DNA of 64,000 nt. Source: Podarcis bocagei. Its lineage: Eukaryota. The notes beneath the pieces were generated by a model. The model was not told the DNA's origin. It worked only from the letters and a program-made list of their open reading frames with translations, and made no database searches. Positions 13,441 through 24,629 of the stretch are shown here, in pieces. The stretch is from assembly GCA_964188305.1 (NCBI GenBank), contig OZ076889.1; one strand, given 5' to 3'. Position 1 is the stretch's first letter. Each line of letters opens with the position of its first letter. The position numbers and the translations under genes were made by a program.

Positions 13441-13686
13441 AGCCAGTGTGGTGTAGTGGTTAAGAGCGGTAGACTCGTAATCTGGGGAACCGGGTTCGCG
13501 TCTCCGCTCCTCCACATGCAGCTGCTGGGTGACCTTGGGCCAGTCACACTTCTCTGAAGTCTCTCAGCCCCACTCACCTCACACAGTGTTTGTTGTGGGG
13601 GAGGAAGTGAAAGGAGATTGTTAGCTGATTTGAGACTCCTTCGGGTAGTGATAAAGCGGGATATCAAATCCAAACTCCTCCTCCTC
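13441..13686 (+). mobile_element. tRNA-derived SINE (Squam3-like)
   Basis: A/B-box head (gtggtgtagtggttaagagc...gggttcgcgtctcc), the ggtgaccttgggccagtcac core and a (CTC)n tail, flanked by short caagag repeats. Confidence 0.8.
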
Positions 13687-13778
13687 AAGAGAGAGGGCAG
13701 CCAGCTGCATCAGGTAAGAAAGAGTAAGAGGGTCATGGCAGTTGATGTGACTCCGCCCTTCATTATCTTTCCATACAG

Positions 13779-13969
13779 TTTGGTGAAGACACCTTTAACC
13801 GAGCTAAGCTGTTGAATGTGGGCTTCCTAGAAGCCCTTCGAGATGATGAGAGCTATGACTGCTTCATCTTCAGCGACGTTGACCTGGTGCCCATGGATGA
13901 CCGGAATCTCTATCGCTGTTATGACCAACCCCGGCACTTTGCTGTTGCCATGGATAAGTTTGGCTTCCG
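13779..13969 (+). CDS. B4GALT2: B4GALT2 coding exon 3 (DxD motif)
   Basis: FGEDTFNRAKLLNVGFLEALRDDESYDCFIFSDVDLVPMDDRNLYRCYDQPRHFAVAMDKFGFR; 191 nt. Confidence 0.96.
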
Positions 13970-15618
13970 GTGAGTTTGTGCACTTTGATCTTTTTTGAGA
14001 TGCCAGTGGCCCCTTGAAATTGTTCAGAGTGTCAGAGGCAAAATGGAATGAGGAATATATGACTTTATTGCACACATATGTGCTCTCTTTCTGTGTTGGC
14101 TTGGACCTTGTGGGGACCTGCAAGCTGTGAAATGTGTTTCTTATCTAGATTGCAGTACAGGAACCTCTCCCATTCTTAAGACTACCATGTCACATTTCTT
14201 CATAATTTGCAGGGTTTTTGTACTTAAAAGTGGGGATATACAACAGCTTTGGATGAATCCCCAGCCAAAGCAGGGTGCTTTGCAGGGATTCTGGGATGGT
14301 CCGAGACAAAGTGGAACCTCTTCAGGGATCCAGAGACAAAGTGGGGATTTCCCAAAGTGCCTCATGGCACCGTGACAACTCTGACAATTGTCTGCTGAAA
14401 GCAAAACTAATGTAGCTAACTTTAGTGTATAAGGAAAGCAGAAGGGGTGTGGAATGGCTGAAGTAGAAAAGTAGAACAAATGCCAGGGTAATGGGGGGGG
14501 GGAAATTCTGCTGTGACTGACAGGTCAAGCTTGTAACCAGAGGGAATGAGTTCACCTGGAGTCTTCAACCCCAGTGCTTTGTGGGGAGGAAAGGAAATCC
14601 CTTTTAGTTCTGTCCCCTGAACCCCAAGATCAACTTTAAAAGTCCCTTGTTCACAAAAATTGAACCAATTTGTCTGCCATTGGCAAGTTTCATACCTAGG
14701 GAAACTTCTTGCATGTCTGCTTTCCGAACAATTGCCCTCAAAAGACATGGGAAGTTTAAGTGGACACTTTTTACCCATCCCCAAACTGTGAAGGCTGTCC
14801 TTGTGGGAAAACCAATGAAGCTATCGTTCAGAAATTTGACAGGATTCATCTTTCTTGGAGACTCTGATGCCTGCAAATTTCATCCAATAGTGGGGGAGGG
14901 GGAAAAGTTTCCTTAGAAAAATAACCATCAAATTTCAAAGGTACCTGACAGAAAAAATCCCCACCCTGGAATTATTTGGCTGGCTGAATCTGCTGTGGAG
15001 CGGCTAATGTGCCTGCAAATTTTATCCACTGTAAAAAGGGGAAAAGGTATAGCTTAAAAAACAACAACAATCCAATAGTGAACGAGGGGAAATGAAATCT
15101 TGTTTTTCCCCAACTCAGAAGCACTTGGGACTTAGGCATGTTGTTTTCTGAAGTACTGACTCAAGGGCCAAACTGAATCTTCTGTTTGGTGCACACCCCT
15201 AATTTAAACTTTGCTGCCTCTTATATGACTAGATGAAATGCTCCAGGGAAGTCCTTGTGATACTACATTATGGAATGGGCGCTTGCAAAACCTATATGAA
15301 GGTGATGTAAACAAGCAGACAGGATCCCTACGTGAATGTTCTGTGTTGTCTATATTCTTACCTGCCAAACATGGCAAAAGGAGATGGAGGAGGTACAGTG
15401 TGTATAAAATGGAATCCTGCATTCCCGCTAAGGAGAAGGGAAATGGGAAGGATTTAGGAGAGACCTGATGCAGTGGGAGCAATGGGTTGCCATCACATGG
15501 CTGATTTGGAAACTGGGATTTAGACTGTGTCAGGTGTAGCTTGGACCACCCAGGTTCTGTGCTCCTGAACCCATTCGTGGCTTGACTGATTCCCATCTCT
15601 CCTGCTTGTCCTCTGCAG

Positions 15619-15741
15619 GCTGCCATACTCTGGCTACTTCGGAGGTGTCTCTGGCCTGAGCAAGACACAGTTTCTGAAGATCAATGGCTTCCCTAACGAG
15701 TACTGGGGCTGGGGTGGGGAAGATGACGACATCTTTAACCG
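15619..15741 (+). CDS. B4GALT2: B4GALT2 coding exon 4
   Basis: LPYSGYFGGVSGLSKTQFLKINGFPNEYWGWGGEDDDIFNR; 123 nt. Confidence 0.96.
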
Positions 15742-16150
15742 GTGCGTGAGAGGCTGGGCCAAGCCTAGCCAGAACTTGTTCTCTGCAAGTTGGTTGTAGT
15801 AGCCATGTAGTCTGTTTTTCCATGTGGTGTCTCCTGGGAATGTGCTGAGTGGCAGGGAACAGCATTCTCTTCTGGGGTGGGGTAGCTGTGCAAATGCCAG
15901 GTGGCAATATGCAACACCTGCCTTTTCTATAACAATGCTCCCAAATCTGAGAGAGGATGACATAGGCAGGTAGGTATTCCACAGCACATAACAATCAGGG
16001 CCAAATAGCAGGCCTGGGGAGCCAATACTCTGAAAGCCAGAAGGGGTTGGGGGTGCTGAGGACTGGAGGGTGAGGACTAACTCCTGCTTTATTTAGAGTT
16101 TGCCCCCGACCTGTCTGCTGATCTTTGAGCTGCACTTTTTCTTTGCACAG

Positions 16151-16255
16151 GATCTCGCTTAATGGCATGAAAGTGTCACGTCCTGATGCCCGCATTGGGC
16201 GCTACCGCATGATCAAGCACGAGCGTGACCGACACAATGAGCCCAATCCCCAGCG
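16151..16255 (+). CDS. B4GALT2: B4GALT2 coding exon 5
   Basis: ISLNGMKVSRPDARIGRYRMIKHERDRHNEPNPQR; 105 nt. Confidence 0.96.
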
Positions 16256-16441
16256 GTGAGAAAGACAATGTGCTTGCTAGCTCCCTACCTAGTCCATTGC
16301 AAGCTACATAAGGAGATGGAAAGCTCCCACAAAATTTCTGCACCATTTTCCAGGGCACATAATGGCTTTCCATCCTGATTTCCAATGGAAAATAATCTTC
16401 CAGAAGCCTCTTCCCTTTTATAGCATACTACTCTACACCTC

Positions 16442-16778
16442 GAGGGTTAAACCACAGAGCCTAGGACTTGCTGATCAGAAGGTTGGCGGTTCAAATCCCC
16501 GCGACGGGGTGAGCTCCCGTTGCTCGGTCCCTGCTCCTGCCAACCTAGCAGTTCGAAAGCACGTCAAAGTGCAAGTAGATGAATAGGTACCACTCCGGCG
16601 GGAAGGTAAACGGCGTTTCCGTGCACTGCTCTGGTTCGCCAGAAGCGACTTAGTCATGCTGGCCACATGACCCGGAAGCTGTACACTGGCTCCCTCGGCC
16701 AATAAAGCGAATGAGCGCCGCAACCCCAGCGTCAGCCACGACTGGACCTAATGGTCAGGGGTCCCTTTACCTTACCTT
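16442..16778 (+). mobile_element. Sauria SINE
   Basis: Same family as the 9801 and 26449 copies, with a 13-bp TSD tactctacacctc (16429-16441 and 16779-16791). Confidence 0.9.
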
Positions 16779-17548
16779 TACTCTACACCTCATGAGGAGA
16801 GAGGGGCCACATTTGTTTGCCTCCCTGTAGAATGACCATGAGACAGACCAAGATAGCCTACAAGTCCTTAGCCTTCCCCCAGAGAGTGTTTTCTATTACT
16901 GCGTGTGCGTTCCTCTCTTTCTGACCTACCCCCCGTTTTAATTCCACTCTCTGCCTCTTACTTCTAAGAGACACAGACATGAATCAGAGTCCCAACCATG
17001 CACCAGGTGTGTTTGGTTAAATCTATGTTCTGCTAGTTTTAGGCAAGGAAAGAGAAAGAGACTCCTGTCCTGTGCCCTACCATTTATTGTCTGGAACCAG
17101 AGAAAAGCCACAGCTGGCATGGTTTCAGGGCAATACACTAAACTGTATTTCATGAGACTCTGACATTCCACTTGAGAAGGTTGTGTGGTGGTAGTAATCA
17201 CCTATCATGAGAACTAAATGCAGTCACCATCCATGGCCCTCCAGGATCCTATGACGCCATCACACTTTGCAACCTTGCTATATCATTTGACAGGGACTGT
17301 TGTTTTACAGCTGAGCTCTGGGTGGAGAAGCTCACTCTGTTACTTGGGACTTTCAACCTGGAAGGGCTGTGCATGGTGACTGTCCGTTCATGTGTTCAGA
17401 AGACACAATTTCATTTTGGAAGTCCCACAGTGCTTTGTATGCTGGAAATCTGACATAAGAAATTGCTTTATTGTGCGTGGATAATGTCATGTAAGGCTCT
17501 ACCCAAAATCCTTCCAAGTGGCCTGAGCTGTCATTAGACTCTCTATTC

Positions 17549-17685
17549 CAGGCTTCCTCAAACTCAGCCCTACAGATGTTTTTGGCCTACAACTCCCATG
17601 ATCCCTAGCTAGCAGGACCAGTGGTCAGGGATGATGGGAATTGTAGTCTCGAAAACATCTGGAGGGCCAAGGTTGAGGAAGCCTG
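17549..17685. mobile_element. Short hAT-type MITE
   Basis: TIR caggcttcctcaa / ttgaggaagcctg with an 8-bp TSD ctctattc. Confidence 0.85.
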
Positions 17686-17787
17686 CTCTATTCCATTCAT
17701 CAAGGAATGGCTTGTAGGTTTAACTTGAATTAACCTAACTGCCTACTTTCATGTGTAAGATGAGTTTTTCTCTGGTTCTCCTGGCAG

Positions 17788-17938
17788 GTTCACCAAAATC
17801 CAGAATACCAAGGTGACCATGAAACGCGATGGCATTGGCTCGCTTCAGTACCGCCTGGTGGAGGTGGTTCGTCGTCCCATGTACACCAATGTAACCGTGG
17901 AGATTGGCCGCCCACCACCACGCCCCCCTCGGGGCTGA
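17788..17938 (+). CDS. B4GALT2: B4GALT2 last coding exon
   Basis: FTKIQNTKVTMKRDGIGSLQYRLVEVVRRPMYTNVTVEIGRPPPRPPRG*; TGA at 17936-17938. Confidence 0.96.
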
Positions 17939-19316
17939 CTCTTTGCTGCCTGGCTCTGCCCATGGCCCCATGCATGAGGAGCTGTGCGGATCCCAGCCCT
18001 GACTGGTTCAGAGGACTGTGTCCTGGCTTGGAGGAGCTGTCTGCCTCCTTTGTGGGGATGCGGGAAAGGCCAAGACTACACCTTCGCCTTGCCCCAGCCT
18101 TTGGCTGAAGCCCATCTCCTGATCACTAGTCAGTTCTCCACAGTGCCCTTCACAGGTTGGGGAGGAAGTGTGAGTGTGTCATGGTGCCTGGCGCAGCGCT
18201 TAGGGGTCCTGGGCACAGCCAAGCCCCACTCCTGGCTGGAAGGCACTGAGAGCAGAGAAACCTTGTGCAGGTTCTTGAACCTCCCTATCCTCTCCCAGAA
18301 CTTTTCACAGAGCGGCATCCCTTAAGGATCCCGGAAGTACAGTACAGGTAGTTGTTTTCCTTTCCTCTCAGTGTGCAAGAGTGCCGTTTGAGCCTTCCTT
18401 CCAGGGGGTGGCCTGGCCTTACGACAAATGCCAGCTCGCAAGGTGTCCAGGTGGTTCACTCGTGCCCAGCTGAGAAGCTCTTCCAAAGGAGAAGCTCTCA
18501 TGGGCCTGGCCACTGCCCACCTCCATTCATGGCTTGGTGCTGTCCCCCTGCTGGGCCCTGGGTGTCACTTCTGGCTCCAGTAACACAGGGGCGTTTTATA
18601 CAAAACCCTCATTAGAATACTTGAGTGCTTCCTGGGTTAGTGTGACAGGTAGCCTGTCTGTCAAGGGACAACAGGTCATTCTTTCTAGCAGTGTTTGCTC
18701 TTCTGTCTGTGAATGGGGAATATTGGTTGGGCAGTGTGTGCTTCACTTCTCAGCAAGGATGGAATCAAAATGGCATGGTTCGGCCTACTCTCTGGTGTGG
18801 GCTGGCTTCTCTTTTTTACAGGCACCGATGGGCCTATGGCCATGGCTACAGAACAGAGGAAGGTGAAGTTGGCTTCTTGCTGCCTGTCCCCTACCTCTCA
18901 CCTCCAACCCACTTACCCCATACCAACCCTCACTCACTCACCAATCAACCTTCCCGCCATCTGCCAGGCAACCTGCCGTTGACCACTCATCGTGCCCTCT
19001 TTGTCAAGCTACCATCTGCCGCCACCTGAGGCCAGGCCCCTGGGTCCGACCGTCTGCTCATGACACATGGTGGCCGTGTGCCTAATTCCTGGAGCTAGGA
19101 AGCTGCTGGTGTCCCTCATCTCTGGTTATGGTGCCTGGCAGGTAGAATCTCCTGCGCCGGTCCACTTTGGGATGGCAGCTGGGCCAGGCTTGAAGCCAGG
19201 CACGAGTGTGTTGTGCAGCCCAGGTGTTGGTGACTTTTGTACATTTGAATGTTTTGATCCCTTTTCAAGCCTATGGTGAATGCAGCACTGGTCACTACGA
19301 TCAGACTTTTGTATTC

Positions 19317-19322
19317 AATAAA
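19317..19322 (+). terminator. B4GALT2: Probable B4GALT2 poly(A) signal AATAAA
   Basis: First AATAAA I found downstream of the stop (~1.4 kb), preceded by ttttgta motifs. Confidence 0.7.
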
Positions 19323-19573
19323 GTTTCAAAACTTGGGAGACTCCTTGCCTATGGGATTCAGGTGGGGTCTGTGGATAGAGGTAACACTGCAGGTTTATGC
19401 AATCTATCTTGGCAAGGTACAAAATTAAGAATTAAATTCGTTTCCAAATGAATGGCACCTCATTGTGCTTCCCCAACAAGTTTGTTTAAAGCAGGGACTG
19501 GGTTTTCTGGCCCAGGAAACTCTGGGCGTAGTTACTCAGCCCAGAAGACAAGAGAACTCTTCTACAAGGTTCT

Positions 19574-19579
19574 TTTATT
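19574..19579 (-). terminator. Probable poly(A) signal of the Brorin-family gene
   Basis: tttatt on + (AATAAA on -), about 475 nt after the stop at 20054. Confidence 0.6.
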
Positions 19580-20053
19580 GATGCTCACACACAGAGAAAA
19601 ACTGTTAAATAGTAGCAAAAGATACTATGTTTAGTTGAAGTTGAAGCTGGAGTGGGAATGTGGTGGCGGTTGAGGGGTGATTCCCTAAATCATATGGGGA
19701 ACCTCTGGCTCTCGAGATGTGGCTAAATTATTCCTAACCATTAGCCATGCTGGCTACAGCTGATGGGAGCTGGGAGTCCAACTATATCTGAATGGCCACA
19801 GGTTGCCCACCCATCCTAAATAAAACGGGCTTTCTCATATGAGCTACTCCCCTGCGTAATAACTCTAGACATTGTCAAGGGAAAGGGGGTAGATCTGGAA
19901 AGGGGGCTGCGACTGGCAATTGCTTATGTGTATGGTTGAAGGAGTTGGGCCAGGGCTGGGTGTAAGGGCACACTAGGGATTGTCTGGATAAGCAGAAGCC
20001 TTGCAGGTGCTGAAGAATGGCTGGCCCAGGAATTGTTTGGTGTTTGGAGCAGC

Positions 20054-20238
20054 TCAGGTGTGATGTGCACCTGTAGCCCGGCATCCCCGTAGCCGCTCAC
20101 ATTTAGCTAAGCGGTTTCCTTCCCAGTAACCGGCATCCTGGCCATCATGACAGCGGCAACGGGTGCAGGGCCCCACCCATATGCTCTCCCCAGCAGGAAT
20201 TACGTGTCGCTGGCTCCCATCCACGTAGCAGTTGGGCC
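20054..20238 (-). CDS. Brorin-family VWC protein, exon 3
   Basis: GPNCYVDGSQRHVIPAGESIWVGPCTRCRCHDGQDAGYWEGNRLAKCERLRGCRATGAHHT*; acceptor ctctccacag. Confidence 0.9.
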
Positions 20239-20767
20239 CTGTGGAGAGACATGTCCATGCATTAGAGTTTGCCATTGTTTGCAGAAGTCTCATCATGACT
20301 CTTAGAAGCAGAAAGGGCAAGCAGTTTAAGAGTACATGTGTAGGTGGGGGCAACCCAGCCAGATGGGCAGGGTATAAATAATAAAATTATAATTATTATT
20401 ACTCCTTGTACCCCTATCCTCTACCGGGAGCTCACCTCATGCAGAGGTTCTGTGCTAGAGGCTGCTTTTATACCAGGAGGACATTTTTCATTTTGGGGGG
20501 ACCCCTCTTCTAACACTAGGGCTAAACACCTGCCAAATCCTTCAAGATGAGGTGGGGGCTACCAGGTGTGTCCCCATCATTTCTAAGTAGGAGGCTTCCT
20601 GTTCAGTTAAGCAAGCTTGTGTCTGGTCAGCTTGGCTCAATTCCTCTCACTTCCCTGCTCCATTAGGACAGGGGCCCTGAACAGCAAGGGAGACAAAGTT
20701 CTCTCCCCCTTCTGGACAGCTTGAAGTGGAACATTTGTCCCTTGCTGTGAAGGTGTGTCTTTCTCAC

Positions 20768-20897
20768 CATCCTCACAGGTGGGGCAGCAGTGGCCCTTCT
20801 TGTAGACTGGATTGACGCAGGGCGGAGGGGCGCAGTCTGCCACTAGGCAACGAGCGATGCCATCTAGGTCACAGGTACACTGCTCACACTCTGAGGG
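20768..20897 (-). CDS. Brorin-family VWC protein, exon 2
   Basis: PSECEQCTCDLDGIARCLVADCAPPPCVNPVYKKGHCCPTCED; acceptor tctctcacag, donor gtgaga; 130 nt. Confidence 0.92.
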
Positions 20898-22580
20898 CTG
20901 TGAGAGACAAATATTGGTCAATAGAGCAAGTAGCTTTATGTGGACAGCACACAGTTATGATGATGATGATGCAGCTCTAGAACTATTTTGCATCAGTGGT
21001 GCAGAAGCTTATTCTTTTCTGAGAATTGCATTCCCTTGGGAATCTGTTCAGAATTCCATGCCAGTGGTGTGCTGGTCCAGAGTCAAAGTGGGTAGGGCAC
21101 CTCCTCTGCTACCCTGTTTCCCTCCCCCTTTTCCTCCTAATAAAATTAGGCTGAGAGAAATAGGTTACCCATCCATCCCACACCACCATGTTGCAGAATT
21201 GATTGGATTTTGCAGTTCCAGAATGAATTAGTCATGTCTTCTGTCTGTAACTTGCAAAAAGAGATGTGCGTATGCAAGCAGGTGGGAAACTCATGCCTCA
21301 GATACTTAATTGGATGAGGCTCCTGGCTGCATCTTTGCTTACCTGTATCTGTGCTTTAAGTATCAGGGGAAGGAGTGATCACAAAAGAAATATAAGGCCC
21401 ATCATCTCCCTTTTTTTGTAATGTGTGAAGAAGCATTCCAAACTGAATGCATAGCTATGGCAGTACTGGGATTATACCATCAGATGGCACTATCAACTAA
21501 GAATTGATAGATAATGAGGGAGAAAAAGCTTCTGTCCCAATCTCCCTTGACTTTGTGTATCTTGTCAGCTCTGGCCAACTCAAGATTACTCTCAAATAAT
21601 CATGCGGCTGGTCACTGGGGAAACTGACTGGTCATAAGAAAATGTTGAATAGAGAAAACTCTGAGTGAGTGAGAGATTGTCCCCAGTAGCGCAGAACCTT
21701 CAGGGATCCCAATATGCTAAAAAGGCCCATGAATGTGTTTTGGAACCCATTACCCAATCAAGCTCCTCCTTAAAATATCCAGCAAAGGAGACTGAAGTCA
21801 TTTTCAGCACCTCACCTCTCATTCACCTTCTCACTTGCAAAACATGAGGCTAATTCTAGCCAAGCCACATGCTTTTGTTCTCTGCCCTAAGGGGAAAGTT
21901 CTAATATTCTACCTTCTGTCAAATTCCCTCCCTCCTGAACTAATAGGTTGGTTGTCTGATTTCACACCTTCAGGGTGGGTGATGATAAAGACTGGTCTCC
22001 ACTGAAGTTCAAGTGGTTGCAGATAAAAACATTGGTCACTTGCTCTAGATCACTCGTCACAATACTTTAAAATAACAAAGCTGGAAGATGACATCAACAT
22101 TTAACACCAAAAATCATATCTTAATGATATAATTGTCCATGATCATCTTTATAACTCCAGGGAAGGAGATTGCACAACTTCACTGGCAAGTTGATATCTT
22201 GTTCGTACTACAAACCTACAGTACAAAGGAAAGTCTTTACCCTTCCTAATTTCAGAACTTTTCTCTCTCTAGATCTATAGCACTTGTCTTGCTTGTAAGC
22301 AAATGCAAGATAACCTAGTTCCAGGAAGTGTTGGGAAGCAGCCCTATATTACTGTATCTACAACCCAGATGTTATGGACCTAGAGCAAAATCTGGCCATC
22401 CCTAGTAAAGAACTGAGAAGCTTTGGCTGAGCAAAGTATTTTAGGGCAAGTTAGGCCCCAGCTGAATGGTTCTGGATAATCAAAAGCTTGCTTGCTATTT
22501 TATGAAATTTTGGTTGGCCATAATAAAGTTATTATTTGGGGGGGAAATATGGCTCAATATGGCTTTGCAGAAAGCATTTA

Positions 22581-23346
22581 CCGTATTTTTCGCTCTATAG
22601 GACGCACTTTCCCCCTTCAAATATGAAGGGGAAATGTGTGTGCGTACTATGGAGCGAAGATGCCATAGCCCCGCGACCCTCTCCCGGCTGGTAGGAGCCT
22701 CTTTAGCCGCGCGCCACCTCTCCAGCCGGGAGAGCGCGCGCGGGGCTAAAGAAGCCCTCCGTGACCCTCTCCCGGCTGGAGAGGCGACGCGCTGCTATGG
22801 CAGGAGCCTCTTTAGCCACGCGTCACCTCTCCAGCCGGGAAAGTGCGCGTGGGGCTAAAGAAGCCCCGCTTACCCTCTCCCGGCTGGAGAGGTGACACGC
22901 GGCTATGGCAGGAGCCCCTTTAGCTGCGCGCCACCTCTCCAGCTGGGAGAGCGCGTGCAGGGCTAAAGAAGCCATAGAAGCTTTCCACTGCTCCCCGACC
23001 TGCTCTTTGGGGCTGGTGGTGGGCTTCCCCCTGCCAGCCCCAAAGAGCAGGTCGAAAGGAACCTGAAGCCTGGAGAGCGAGAGGGGTCGGTGGGCACCGA
23101 CCCCTCTCGCTCTCCAGGCTTCCAAGGTAGCCGCCTGAAGGCGACTGAACGCACCTTAAACGGCACCTTGTTTTAGAGGGGGGAAACAAGAGGGGGAAAA
23201 TTCTCCCCCTCGCTGCACAGCGCCTCCTGCTGCTTCGCTGAAGGGGTGCTGGGCAGAGAGGGGGAGATTTTTTTTTTCTTGTTCTCCCCCCTCTAAAACA
23301 AGGTGCGTCCTATTGTCCAGTGCGTCCTATGGTGTGAAAAGTACGG
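22581..23346. mobile_element. Non-autonomous Tc1/mariner-superfamily (Tc2-like) element with GC-rich palindromic interior
   Basis: TA-flanked TIR CCGTATTTTTCGCTCTATAGGACGCAC; highly similar to 48515-49826. Confidence 0.85.
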
Positions 23347-24275
23347 TACTTTCTGTGTACCTTTCAACAGAATTTTGTGTTTGGGTAAATGGGACAGCCA
23401 AGAGATAAGTCATCACACAATAATTTGATGTTTAGGTAACGGACAATTCACCTAGGAAGAACCCCACTGCCCATTCTTTGACTATATGTAGCAACTGGTC
23501 CTTTCTTCATCAATACACTTATTTTTTGCAAACACTCAATTCATGCTATCCAAAGAGGCATGGAGCCCAGGAATGGAGGGCTTTGATCTTCCACCTGCAG
23601 CCTCAGGGCTAGAATTTGACTCCCTTCGGCTAGTGCAGGCTTAGTGCCAAAAATACTCCTTTCCCCACCCACCCTCAATTGTCCAAGTCAGCCATGCTAG
23701 AGATTGTTTGGTCTGACTCAAGTCCTAAAATAAACTACACACATTTTTGGCAGCAACAGACAATAGCCAGAAGCAAGGTGCTGAACTGGTCAATGTCAGG
23801 CCTAAGAAATGGATGAAAATGCAATTCAGTTAGTCAAAGGATGCTCAGCTAGGTACTACAGCCAATAAAATTGCCTTCTGAATTATCAAAAAGCTTTGGT
23901 TTTATGGGACCATCTTAAGAGCACCTCCAGCTTCACAGAGCACTTTTGATTTGGTGCTTCTCACCCACTTTGGAAAAGTTTTGTTTGTATTTTCTTTTGC
24001 TTCAGCCAGTAATGAACAAACCATAAAGAGATAGCCATTCCTGCTTCCAGTCTCTTACTCTCCTGCCTAGGCCTCCCTTTCAGAACAAGATTTAAGAAAC
24101 AGAATTGACCGCTTGCGATTCTTAGACAGTGCCTTTTTCAAGAGCATTCGCTTTTTCTCCTGCTTTTGAATATCCTCACTTTGCCCATCCATCACCTATC
24201 CATCCCTGCCCACCTGGCTCTAGATTCCTTCTCATGCCATCCCCACTTTGCCTAATTCTCCTGTAAATGCCTTAC

Positions 24276-24626
24276 CTGGAAATGCTGCCCCAGCTCATAC
24301 ACTTGTCCACGGTGCTCACAGCCAACCCTTTCGCAGCGTGGGCAGCAGTCGCTGGGGTAGTGGCTGACGTGAATGCAGGCAGGTGGCAGAGCAGTGCAGT
24401 CCGTGCGGGCGCAGGCGGGCCCCTCCGCTGTGCACTCGCACTGGGTGCAGTGGTCACTGTCCAGGAAATACCACTCCCCAACGTAGTACAGGCTCCCGTT
24501 GGCATCACACGTGGTCACTGGCCCTGCCAGTCCTGGGATGGGCACCAGAGTCAGCAGCAGCAGCGCTAAGCTCAGCTGTGCCAACGGAAAGGGCATCGCT
24601 GAACTCAAGGGACAGATGCCTGGCAT
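24276..24626 (-). CDS. Brorin-family VWC protein, exon 1 (signal peptide + VWC1)
   Basis: MPGICPLSSAMPFPLAQLSLALLLLTLVPIPGLAGPVTTCDANGSLYYVGEWYFLDSDHCTQCECTAEGPACARTDC...CCPRCERVGCEHRGQVYELGQHFQ; donor gtaag. An alternative start ATG lies at 24596. Confidence 0.9.
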
Positions 24627-24629
24627 GGG

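Larger units (their letters stand above)
11311..17938 (+). other. B4GALT2: B4GALT2 coding span (6 exons, 1116 nt, 371 aa)
   Basis: Exons 11311-11620, 12654-12889, 13779-13969, 15619-15741, 16151-16255 and 17788-17938 join in frame through GT-AG introns. Type II membrane anchor, DVD and WGWGGEDDD motifs. Confidence 0.96.
20054..24626 (-). other. Brorin-family (VWC2/VWC2L-related) secreted VWC-domain gene span, 3 exons, 666 nt, 221 aa
   Basis: Exons 24626-24276, 20897-20768 and 20238-20054 join in frame (phases 0 and 1) through GT-AG introns. Signal peptide plus cysteine modules of 10+10+6 Cys. Confidence 0.92.

Noticed and set aside
13441-13520. tRNA gene
   Set aside because: The tRNA-like head continues into a SINE body and tail.
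20054-24626. Assigning the symbol VWC2 or VWC2L
   Set aside because: Family motifs match, but the sequence is divergent and the neighbourhood is not the one I recall for either gene; a phylogeny is needed.
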